A stretch of DNA of 63,935 nt, filler included, from Reclinomonas americana ATCC 50394 (taxonomy: Eukaryota), in NCBI GenBank assembly GCA_048213135.1. It is 4 parts of 2 records of this genome, joined end to end, with 100 filler letters (N's around TTAATTAATTAA, not from the genome) between each part and the next. Parts side by side here need not be neighbours in the genome. Positions count along the whole stretch, not along the records: positions 1 to 21,190 come from PS015023.1; positions 21,291 to 44,703 come from PS015024.1; 2 more parts are not named here. One strand, given 5' to 3'. Made by a program: the position numbers and the translations under genes. Under the pieces are notes generated by a model. It was not told the DNA's origin and did no database searches. It saw nothing but the letters and a program-made list of their open reading frames with translations. How positions within the stretch are numbered: position 1 is the stretch's first letter; each line of letters begins with the position of its first letter. Shown piece after piece: positions 13,370 to 23,393 of the stretch.

Positions 13370-13515
13370 CTGTGTATGTGTGTCGGTCTCTGCATTCCTT
13401 CCCTGGCCGACAGTCATTCTCTCTCTGCATCCCTTTCTCTGTGCTCCCTCTCTCTTTCTCACATCGCATCCTCACAGGCGCGGTCCTCTGCGGCTTCATG
13501 CTCGACAAGGCCTGA
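11200..13515 (+). CDS. Putative clan CD (caspase/metacaspase-like fold) protein with C-terminal membrane anchor; start uncertain
   Basis: ELILAYTGHG and FFIIANCADSGSW motifs in successive exons; final exons give GIPLAAIVGVVGVMAGAVLCGFMLDKA*. Confidence 0.45.
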
Positions 13516-13604
13516 CACACGACAACTGAAATCCTCCACCTTACACAAGTCATTGAATTCGCTCGTCCTTTCTTTCTCTCCCTGCACCCTCCGCCCTCCT
13601 TCCA

Positions 13605-14159
13605 CTACACATGCTCGACATTGGCCGGCAACACCCACTGCCCATCCGCACCCTCCCGACGCAGCGGGAACACACGATCCACCAGCGCCTCCACATCAAT
13701 GCCCACCACAGCCTCGCCCGTGCTCTTTCGCGTCGTGTACACATGCGGGAAGGTGGCACTATGCCGCCCCGGCACCGCCTCCCACCGCAACTCATACACC
13801 CACTCATGCGCATGCTCGCTCGCACTCTGCTCTCGCAGACGCTCCACAGGCACTCGCAGCAACACCAGTGAGTCGCTCGGTGAGGCGCCAAAGTACCGCT
13901 TCAGAGTCTCCACAACCTGCACACACAGCACATCAGTGAGTCGAGTAGCAAGGCACACGTGCGCAAAGAAAGAGAGAGAGACCTCGTCTAGTGCCGAAAA
14001 GTGCATGTATCCATCAGTGGCGTCCAGCTGAGCACCGGCATACCATGACGATGACGAGTGCGCAGAGGGAGAGGACGGGGACACAGGCGAGCTGGCGGTG
14101 TCGGTCAGCGGAACGTCTTCGCGAACGGCGATGCGGAAGATGAACGCGACGTCGCTCAT
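13605..14159 (-). CDS. DUF952 family protein, one intron
   Basis: IFRIA...GAQLDATDGYMHFS...VETLKRYF...LVLLRV...LRWE...FPHVY motifs. Confidence 0.8.
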   Translation of the reverse strand: MSDVAFIFRIAVREDVPLTDTASSPVSPSSPSAHSSSSWYAGAQLDATDGYMHFSALDEVSLSFFAHVCLATRLTDVLCVQVVETLKRYFGASPSDSLVLLRVPVERLREQSASEHAHEWVYELRWEAVPGRHSATFPHVYTTRKSTGEAVVGIDVEALVDRVFPLRREGADGQWVLPANVEHV

Positions 14160-14257
14160 GAACGAAAGAAGAGTGCGAAGGAGACAATTCGCGCTCGCCC
14201 TTTGTGTTGTCACGCACGCACGCGCGTTCTCTCGTCACTCTCCGCCTGTGAGCGATC

Positions 14258-17200
14258 ATGGCCAGACGTTGCGTCGCCTTACACGCACACACACACACTG
14301 ACACGCGCATGAGTGAGCGACAAGAGTGGCAGTTGGAGCAATGCTCTGTCTGTGTCTCACATGTGCGTCTGCAGGGTATGAGCGACCGGAGAGTGCGTCG
14401 GCTGTGTCGGCGCCCAACACTGGTCGCGAGTTTGTGCTGCCTCCTGTGCACAACATTCGCTTTCCCGATCTTGAAGAGGCGCCTCCTCCACCAACACGAA
14501 GCAGTTCTGCGTCACTCTCTCTCTGTCTCTGTGTGTGTACTCGCTCCTCATGTGCGTGAGTGACAGCATCAACGCGATCCTCTGTCGAGCGATCTGTGCG
14601 AAGAACAGGCGGCAGCAAGGTCGGTGTTCCATTGTTGATCGCGATCTATTCCCGTCTCTCTCTCTGATCCATCAGTGCGCAGCAAACGGTGGAGCGACTG
14701 CGCACGAGTCCGACATCGCTCAAGACGCTGAAGGAGCGCATGGAGAGCGGTGAGCTGACGACGCTGCGTGAGATGTATCCGAATCGAGTGGACTTTGAAG
14801 AGCGGCCCATTGAGTTGCCGGAACGCATGTGGGATCTCAATCTGGAGAAGGCGCAGGCGCGATCTGCTGATAGTGCGTCTGGACTACCATGAAGTCGAAT
14901 CGGCGATTGCTTTTCTCACGCGTGGCTGCAGTCGACGCGCAGGTGACAGACATGCGCGAGGGATTGGAGATCTTCTCTCGTGGCACCGCCACGTCGGTGG
15001 TGATGGATGTATCGCGAGTGATGGCGGAGCGTGAGCAGAAGACGCGTTTGTTGGATGCGTTGCGCGAGGAGAGTGTGCAGTTGCAGACGGCCATCACGTT
15101 GCTGGAGCAGGGGTGAGCGTCGGTTTTCCCGTCACCATTGCCGCGTGCGTGCAGGCTCTCACACCCCTCCCAGTTTGTCTCACTGGCGTGAGTACTCGGC
15201 CGCCCGTGAGGCGTTCCTGGCGGACAGCGAGCGCGATCCGACAGAGGAACTCGAGCGGCTGCGATTTGACGACGAGTTCCGTCGATATCTCAAGCGCAAG
15301 GAGCGCATGCAGACGTGGGCAGCACAGGCAGCGCCGGCTGCCATCGATCCTCAGGAGCTGGCACTGGAGTATCTGCGGAGTGAGACGGGCGATGTGCACT
15401 ATCATCATCCACGACCACAGCGGCAGCAGGTGCGTTGCATTACTCTGTGGACACGTGATGGTCTCCACTCGATTGACCTTCTTCCTCTCCCGACGCAGGC
15501 GCCGCTCTCCAGCGCCTCTGCATCCACCGTGTCGTCGTCGTTTGCAGACGACACGTACTCGCTGGCCAGTGATAGGGTGTTCTTCAGTGTGCTGGAGAAC
15601 GAAGGTGGTGTGCAGTGTTCGTAGTTTCCCGTTCCGTCCTCTTTTGTTCACTTGCGGTCTTGCAGACGGTGCCGCGTCGCCAACGCGATTCGGCCAGGTG
15701 CTGGAGGAGGTGCGAAGATGGAAGCAGCGAGTGTTTGGCGATGCGGTGGCCGAAGTGCAGCACAATGTGAGTCGCACGTTTCGTCATTTGGCGCCGTGCA
15801 CTCGTTGACAAACGGAGGTTGTGTGCAGACTCGCTTTCGACCGTCGCCGGCTGACATGCGTGGCATACCCGCGCAGCATCAGCGTGCGCAGAGTGCCAGT
15901 GTCACCGTGCACCGCGTGGCAAGTCACCCGGAGGCCTTGGCTGGTGGGGACATTGCTTGTATACGTGTTGCCTTCTTTTCTCTTAGACTCACTCACTCGC
16001 CCCTGCAGATGACACAGTGGGCGAGGTTGTTGAAGACGACGACGATGACGATGTGGTGCGGCTGGCTTCGAGCATCGACTACGGGAGCCTCGAGTCGACC
16101 TCCAATCCCAACTCTCGGAGACCATCGGTTGATCAGGCGGCCTTGATTGCCGTTCCGTGCATCCGTCGTTCTTTGTGGGTATGATCGCACCCACTGCTGG
16201 CTGACACGCATCGCGCAGACATTTCTCACGGCATCGCCACCCCGCCGACCTTCTCCAAAGCCACGTTGCGTTGCTCATCTCCCCCCTGCTGTTGGTTGGC
16301 GTCCACTAAATCGCTGTTCCGCGTGCACAGGCCGTGGACTGTCACCACAGCCACCACCACCTGCTGCAGTGCCGCTCATGAGTGACGGACTGCGCATGGC
16401 CGCCGCACTGGCCGAGGACGAAGACGATGTGTTGCTCTTTGAGGGTTCCAGGTGAGTGCATAGTCGCGAAACGAAAGTGCCACTGTATGCTGACGTACGG
16501 GGCCACGCAGTGCTCTACCCAGCGCTCAGCCAAGTGCACAGCCAAGTGCTCGCCAGGTATCTTCGCATCGCCTGTCAACCTCTCTGCAGATGATGATGGT
16601 ATTCACGCGTCTCCCTACAGCCGTACGAGTCAGCACAGCCAGCATCCAGTCGGCAGCGCTACTCTTCTGTTGTTGGTGAGTGCTTCCCCCATTCAAGTCT
16701 GTGTGCCTCGGTTGCTGATTCTGGCGCCTGGCAACAGACGAAGACGATTCGTTCGACCGCGGTTCAGATGGACCGCCGTCATTCATCACTGGTCTCGAGC
16801 ACTTTGCCAGCATGCGCAAGAGTCGTGACGATGTGTTGGACACGTGGTGCGTCTCGCACCGCTATCCGCCACAACGTCCCTCAGCTGCGCTTCGTGTCTC
16901 AACAAGCGCACACACAGGGCGCAACATCAATCCATGTCGTCGGGCGATGCTGCCAGCGGCGACGATGCATCGGGCGGTGATGACTTTAGTCCAAAGCCGG
17001 TCGCCGACGACGACGAGGAGAATGGTGCAATGGCCGATGTGTCTGGCGGCCTCTCCTTCACGGCCACCAGCCCCGGCGTGCCACCACCACTGCCAAATCG
17101 CGGGTACGTACGGACTGATTGCCTGTTGCGTCTCGTGCTCGTCTCACCTCTACCGCAGTGCACGCAAGAGCTCGGTCCCCAACTTGCTGCACACGGGCAG

Positions 17201-18780
17201 CATTGACCGCAGTGAACTCATCTCGGGTGCTTCTGTGTTTGCGGTGGGTGCTGTCGTGCGCTGCGTCGCGTGAGATGATCCCGCTTGACCGACCTCCGCC
17301 ACGCAGTGCGAGTATGTTCCTGGCTCGCTCGCCGTTGCTGGAGGAGAAATGCACCCACCTACAGTGGAGGTGACGGAGCCGTCGGACGCCACCCAGACAC
17401 TGCACGTGGAGATTGGCGATCCATTAGGCGAAGGCGCCTTCTCCAAGGTGTACTTGGCGCGAGTGGTCGAAACGGGCGAGTTTGTGGCCATCAAGAGATT
17501 TCCGATGAAGGTGTGTTTTTGGCAGCAGGGGGATAAAGGGGGAAAGGGGGGAAACGGGGAGAAACGAGGTGCGAAGGGTGTGAGAACGCAAGAATTATAC
17601 ACATCGAGAGACAGGGAAGTGCATGTGCGACATCTGAGTGCTAGAGAAAGAAAGACTGGGAGATCCTGTGTCACGGTCGTGTGACTCTAACGTTGGTGGG
17701 CAGCACATGGACAAGACGGCCAAGACCCTCCTGCAAGTCGAGGCCGATCTGTGGAGAAGATTGGTGCATCGCAATGTTGTGAGGTGAGTGTGCGCGCCGT
17801 CAAACTGCAAGTTGGAGTGCATGCCGACGCAAGCGAACTCGACAGATATCTCGGCTTCAAGTATTCGTTCCGACAACGCGAGTGCAGCATCATTCTGGAG
17901 TTTGTCGACGGCTGCTCACTGGCCGAGCTCATTGCCAATCGCGGAGCCATGGAGGAGCGCGCCGTGGCACAGGTCGCGCGACAAGTGCTGGATGGCTTGC
18001 AGTATTTGCACTCGATGCGTGTCATCCACCGAGATATGTCGTCACGTCACCTCCCCTTGCCTCTGCCTGGTGACAACTCGCTGACTTGCATGTGTGTGCT
18101 TTGTCTCTGTGCACATTTGAAGCCAGCCAACATTCTGATTTCGTCGAGTGGAGTTGGTGAGTCCATCTATTTTGTTAGGATATCTTGCCATTCTCGTTGC
18201 CAACGCTGTGGTGCTCTGTGGTGCAGTGAAAATCTGCGACTTTGGCGTCAGCACTCAAGTGTCGGACGTGGACGCGCAGCGGCGCTCGTGTGTCGGCACG
18301 CCAAGTTACAGTGCGCCAGAGGTGATTCGTGGCGAGGCGTACTCGTTCGACTGCGACATTTGGAGTCTCGGATGCTGTGTGCTGGCCATGCTCACCGGCC
18401 ACGAGCCATACGCCGAGTCCAAAGGTGTCGGGAAGCCAAATGTCCCTTGCTGTCTCTCTCCCCCTCTCTCACTTCGTGGATGTCGCAGGCGTAGCATTTG
18501 TGCTGATTGCCCAAGGACGGCCACCACCGATTCCGAGCACGCTGAGTCTAAGCGATCCGTGCCGGCGATTCCTGGATGCCTGCTGGGCATCGGATCCAGC
18601 CCTGGTACGTTCGACACACACAATGCACAAGTGTGCGAGGTGTTGATTGCTCACAAAGGGGGCGGTGTGTGTGCGCAGAGACCATCGGCAACCGCGCTGC
18701 TGACGTCAGACTATCTTATCCGGCACGGTGTTGGTGGAGCTGTGGAGGAGCCGACGCTCACCTTTCTCGACAGGAGCTGA
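14258..18780 (+). CDS. Ser/Thr protein kinase (STE group, MAP3K/Cdc15-like) with long N-terminal coiled-coil/low-complexity region
   Basis: LGEGAFSKVY, VAIK, HRNVVRYLG, ILEFVDGCSL, HRD/LKPANIL, VKICDFGVS, VGTPSYSAPE, DIWSLGC, RPSA. Kinase domain about 17410-18720; linkage to the upstream exons inferred from splice phases. Confidence 0.85.
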
Positions 18781-18921
18781 GGCGCCGCAATATGTAGTAA
18801 CTGCTGTTAATGTACACAACAACATATAGTCAGGAAAAGAAGTCCATTTTCATTCTCCTCCCATTACGAATTACAAGGCATCAAAACAAAGACAACCAAA
18901 CAAGTGCGCATTGACCGAGTG

Positions 18922-21190
18922 TCATGGTGCACCGCCTGGCCGGGGGAGGTGCTCGGCCTGCTGCAGCAATCTTTGTGTTTCCACAAAGCGCTTTTCTACC
19001 TGCTCGATAAACTCGCGCGTGTTGTTCAACTGCACGTTGCCAGTGACAGTGAGTGCAACAGAAAAGCACGTTCAGGAGGGGCACACTGACACACAGACCT
19101 TGGCTTCGTCGGTCAGAACCGTGCCGGAAGAGAGCACCCGCTGTCCTCCGTACGTACCGCTGGTGGGCACGAGGTGCGACGGTGAAGGCGTCGACCGTGG
19201 CGGCTTGGCCGCCGACGAGGCAGAATACGGATGTGGTGATTGGTAGGAGCTCAGAATACTAGAGTCGGTAGACACTGGTGGTGAGGAGCTTCCGCTGTAG
19301 TATGTGGGAGACGAGTAGCCGTTGTGCGACAGGTAGTATGGCGTCGACGCGGCAACCGGCGAGCCAGATGGTGCGTGTGCGGCTGGTGAAAACGGCATCG
19401 ACGGCAAGCCATTGGACGGCCGATACGACGCCGTGGTGTACGAGTAGTGGCCGACTGGGCTGGAGTGCATTCCAGGCGCGCCAGAGCCAGCCGGGGGTGA
19501 TGTGAGAATGGACGGCGGCAGCGTCAGTATCGGTGTCGACTCGCGTGATGCCATGACCTCGCGGCCCAACTGCAAGCGAGCGGGCAATCAGGAACAAGAG
19601 GCAGCACATATGCAACAGACGCAAGCCAAACCTCTCTGACATTGTCCTCCACCACGCCCACACGGCTTTCCAACACGGTCAGTTTTGCTGCGATGAAGGC
19701 GGTGAGTACGCAGAAGACACACGTGGAGATTGAGGAGGGGGGAAGCTACACACACCCATGACATTGTCGGAGAGTCGCTCCAGTCGGCTTTCGAGACCAG
19801 CCACTGTCCGCGTGAGTGCAATAAGTGCCTGCAAGTGAAAGAGTTCAGCGCGTGGAGTCTCCTTTCGCAGCAGCACGCATGCGCACCTTTTCAATGGCCT
19901 CGCTGCTGCCGCCGTGACCGTCGATAACACTGTCGGCCGACGACGGACGCCCCCGCGTGGCGCTGCCATTCGCCATGGATGCAGCAGTAGCGGCCGCCGC
20001 CGCCGATGACGACGACGACGACGACGAAGAGGAGGAAGAAGAAGGCGCAGGCGCAGACGAGGCGACTCCGCTGACAGCCGCACCCAGCGCCTGCGAGAGC
20101 GAGCTGGCCGCCAGCAAATCGGTGCCTCCAATCCCGCTACTGCCCGTACCGGAAGATGCAACGTGGCTTACACCGTTGCCGCCAGTACCATTGGCGCCTG
20201 TCGGCGAGCCGCTGTGTTCGCCAGTCCACGATGTGGGGGACGTTGGCAGCGTCGCGGTCGCCGAGTGATGCCGCCGGTGTGCACGGCTCCGTTGCGCATC
20301 GTCCGCCACATCCCGCGCCACTGCCGTGCTCCGCATGCGCGGTGACAGCTCGCCGTTGCTCGACTTGGAGCTTGAGGAAGGGCGTTGCTGTGCAGCCACG
20401 CAGGTGTGAGTGAGACTCCCAAGTTGAGAAAGGTGAAACATCAAAATCCACACACACCTCCGACACTTCTGGAAAAGCAAAGCGGACACGCGAGCCGGTG
20501 GGCGTCGGTGGTCTGTCGGACGCCGTCGTGCGGGTGGGCGTGACGGCACGATTCAACAGCGCACTCGTGGGCGACGGAACCTGCATCTTCCATCAGCATG
20601 ACTATTCTCCACAAACAATGCAATGGCAAGTGTGTGCGCAACGTCAGAGCTGCTGTGCCGGTGACGTTGAACGTAGGGTTGTGGTGAGGCGGCTGAAGCA
20701 GCAGCCGATTCCACTGACAGATTGCCGCCACCATTTCCATTCTTGCGTCTCGACTGCTGCTGATGATGATCGTCGTGCTGTTGCTGCACGGGCGAGTCGC
20801 CGGGCGAGCGCGCTGGTCGCGACGAGGAGGATCCCGACGAAGACATCCACGGATCGCGGTGCGGCAACAGCGGTGGCGACGGCGACGCCGAACTGGCACT
20901 GTTGCTGCTGGTGTCGAGGTAGGCGCGTGACAGCGTGCGCTCGCCATACGAATCGTCCGCCCCGCCGGCCGCCGCTGTTGACGATGAGTGCCTGGATGAC
21001 ATGCGCGTCGCCGTGTGAGTCGGCACACCACCATCGGGTGCCGCGCGTCTGTCCCCCATGAACATATGAGAAACAAAGCAACACTCTGTCCATGCACCAG
21101 CCAGCATCTCATACCGTCTCCTCTCGGCCGAGCTGTTGATCTCCTCGAGAATGCTCTGGCACTCGTGAATCACATCCAGCACCAGCAGAA
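18922..21190 (-). CDS. Hypothetical Ser/Pro-rich protein with coiled-coil segments, 5' truncated by scaffold end
   Basis: Overlapping long low-complexity ORFs joined by GT-AG introns; last exon LNNTREFIEQVEKRFVETQRLLQQAEHLPRPGGAP*. Confidence 0.55.
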
Positions 21191-21290
21191 NNNNNNNNNN
21201 NNNNNNNNNNNNNNNNNNNNNNNNNNNNNNNNNNTTAATTAATTAANNNNNNNNNNNNNNNNNNNNNNNNNNNNNNNNNNNNNNNNNNNN
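21191..21290. other. Artificial scaffold spacer with six-frame stop linker TTAATTAATTAA
   Basis: Exactly 100 nt, N-flanked; identical spacers at 44704-44803 and 54291-54390. Confidence 0.95.
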
Positions 21291-21337
21291 AAGCCGACTA
21301 CGTGCTGCGTGACATTCTGCCGCACTGCTTCACGCGC

Positions 21338-21374
21338 CTGCTGTACCGTACATCCGCCCTTGGCCGTATAGCAG
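21338..21374 (+). other. Untrimmed SOLiD/Ion Torrent mate-pair internal adapter
   Basis: CTGCTGTACCGTACATCCGCCCTTGGCCGTATAGCAG versus the recalled adapter CTGCTGTACCGTACATCCGCCTTGGCCGTACAGCAG (one extra C, one mismatch); sits exactly where the LysR gene is cut. Confidence 0.85.
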
Positions 21375-22116
21375 GATCCGCGCCATGTTGGCGCCGACCG
21401 AACAGGGCGCGGCCTTCCTGCCCCAGGCCCGCCGCCTGCTGCGCCTGAACGACGAGATCCTGGCCAGCCTCGGCGCCGACGAGATCGAGGGCGAGGTGCG
21501 GCTGGGCGCGCCCGAGGACTTCGCCACCCAGCATCTGCCCGCCGTATTGAGCTCGTTCGCCCGCAGCCATCCGCGCATCGCCCTGACCGTCACCTGCGAC
21601 CTGACCCTGAACCTCCTGGATCGCCTCGGCGAAGGCGCGCTGGACCTAGCTCTGGTCAAGCGCGAGCCGCTGGGGCCGGACCTTGGCGTGCGGGTCTGGC
21701 GCGAGCCGCTGGTCTGGGTGGCGCTGGATCCCGAGATGGCGCGGCGCGAGGGTCCGGTCCCGCTGGTGGCCGCGCCGGCCCCTTGCGTCTATCGCAAGCG
21801 CGCGGTGGCGGCGCTGGAGGCGACCGGGCGAGCCTGGCGCGCCACCTACACCAGCCCCTCCCTGGCGGGACAACTGGCGGCGCTACGAGGCGGTCTCGGC
21901 TTAAGCGTTCTACCGCGCGAGATGGCGCCGGACGATCTCACCATCCTGTCCGAAGGCCTGCCGCGCCTGGAGGACGCCGAGATCGCGCTGTTGAAGGCGC
22001 GGGGGACGCCGCCACCGGCCGCCGAGCGGCTGGCCGATCACATTCTCACCGCCCTGGATCGCCAGCGGACCCAGCCCCAGCCGTCGACGCGCGCTACGGG
22101 CGCAGCCCCGTCGTGA
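21375..22116 (+). CDS. LysR-family transcriptional regulator, HTH truncated by adapter
   Basis: PTEQGAAFLPQARRLLRLNDE...GEVRLGAPEDFATQHLPAVLSSFARSHPRI...LDLALV substrate-binding domain. Confidence 0.9.
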
Positions 22117-22169
22117 TCGGACGTTTGCGATTTTGACGGGATCGTCAAATTTGTGAGATAAGGCCCAGA

Positions 22170-22305
22170 TACACCAAACCCGCCGCGGGGGATAATCGCG
22201 ACGGGCTGGCTATTTTCTCGATCATTCGATCTAGGCGGGCGTTTCCTCCCCGAAACGCCGAAGAACGGGAGCTCTCTGTTGGGCTCGTTTCGTCCTTGCA
22301 GTGTG
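22170..22305 (-). ncRNA. crfA: Probable CrfA-like Caulobacter small RNA (ends approximate)
   Basis: Intergenic between LysR and hisG; internal hairpin GGCGTTTC-GGGGAG-GAAACGCC; terminator-like 3' stem GCCCGTCGCG...CGCGGCGGGT-TT; TTGACA upstream. Position matches my recollection of the CC3510-CC3511 sRNA. Confidence 0.55.
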
Positions 22306-22455
22306 TAGAAACGTCAAATTCGTGACGCTGTCAACGCGGCCATCGCCTTTTTCTCAACGGGTTGGCTGAATTTTTGACGCAACCGCTGTTGTTTGGACGC
22401 TCGGGTCGAATTTACGTCGAGATTCACCCCCTATTTTTGACGAAACCGTCAAATC

Positions 22456-22943
22456 TTACTTTTCGAGCGCCGCGATAAAGCGATCCAGCACGGCCGATCG
22501 CGACTCGAACACGTAGTCCGGACGCGAGACAGTGACCGGCTCGACTCCGGCTTCCGCCAGGGCGGCGGCGGCGTCGAACAGGTCGGCGGTGGCCAGGAGG
22601 GCGCCGTTGGCCCGGCGCGAGCCGCCTCGGGCGACATAGGCGGCGACGGCGTCCTGGGCGGCGCGGTCCTGCTCGGCCGGCCAGACCAGGGTGGCGAGCT
22701 TGCCCGCCCGGCCCTTGGCCTCGACCACCGAGAGCAGTCGGCGCAGGGCGTCCAGCTGCTCGCCGTTCCAGCCGGCGGTCAGGGAGGCGGTCAGCTGGGC
22801 CTGGCTCTTCAGGATCGCCCCGTCGGACAGGATCTTCAGCCCGTTGGCGGCCAGGGTCGCGCCGGTGGTGGTGATGTCGACCACCAGCTCGGCGGCGCCG
22901 GCGGCGGGGGCCCCCTCGGTGGCGCCGCTGCTCTCGACGATGC
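22456..22943 (-). CDS. hisG: ATP phosphoribosyltransferase, C-terminal fragment
   Basis: [33 protein letters not shown] signature; 5' part lost in N gap. Confidence 0.88.
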
Positions 22944-22968
22944 NNNNNNNNNNNNNNNNNNNNNNNNT

Positions 22969-23127
22969 GTCCAGCGCCTCGAAGCCGTAGCGCTCATAGA
23001 CCGCCGACACCGCCTCCAGGATCGCCCGCTCGGCCCGCAGGTCGCGCGCGCGCTTGTCGGCGAAGCCGCGCGGAGCGCGGGCCTCGGGGCGGAAGTCGGT
23101 GTTGGTTTGTTCGGCGTCGGTGGTCAT
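22969..23127 (-). CDS. hisS: Histidyl-tRNA synthetase, N-terminal fragment
   Basis: RPEARAPRGFAD...AVYERYGFEAL (class II motif 1 region); AGGA RBS upstream. Confidence 0.8.
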
Positions 23128-23218
23128 GCGTCGGTCCTAAGTCTTCTAGGCTTCGACGGATGGCGCTTGCACTTAAGCCCCATCCGCTAGGCGGGGCTCT
23201 GGCTGGGTACGCTCGGCT

Positions 23219-23299
23219 TTAGAGCGCGCGGACCCGGCCGATCCCGCGAGGCGAGGTCGGATGGTGGTGGTGGCCGTGATGGTGCGGCGTGCGGGTCAT
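23219..23299 (-). CDS. His-rich leader peptide MTRTPHHHGHHHHPTSPRGIGRVRAL
   Basis: 26-aa uORF with 7 His in 8 codons, ending 91 nt upstream of the hisS ATG. Confidence 0.85.
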   Translation of the reverse strand: MTRTPHHHGHHHHPTSPRGIGRVRAL

Positions 23300-23393
23300 T
23301 GCGGGGGCGGTGTAGCGGAGATGGAGCGTGGGGGGAAGGGGGCTAGGGCCTTCTAAGCCCCACACCAAGTCAATCCACCAAAACGCCCAAAAA

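Noticed and set aside
21235-21246. TTAATTAATTAA palindrome as att site or transposon end
   Set aside because: Always centred in a 100-nt N spacer; artificial six-frame stop linker.
21385-21387. HTH-less LysR starting at ATG 21385
   Set aside because: Truncated by the adapter and a probable indel; not a natural gene start.
22456-23127. HisS-HisG fusion ORF of 223 aa
   Set aside because: The frame runs through a 25-N gap that hides most of both genes.
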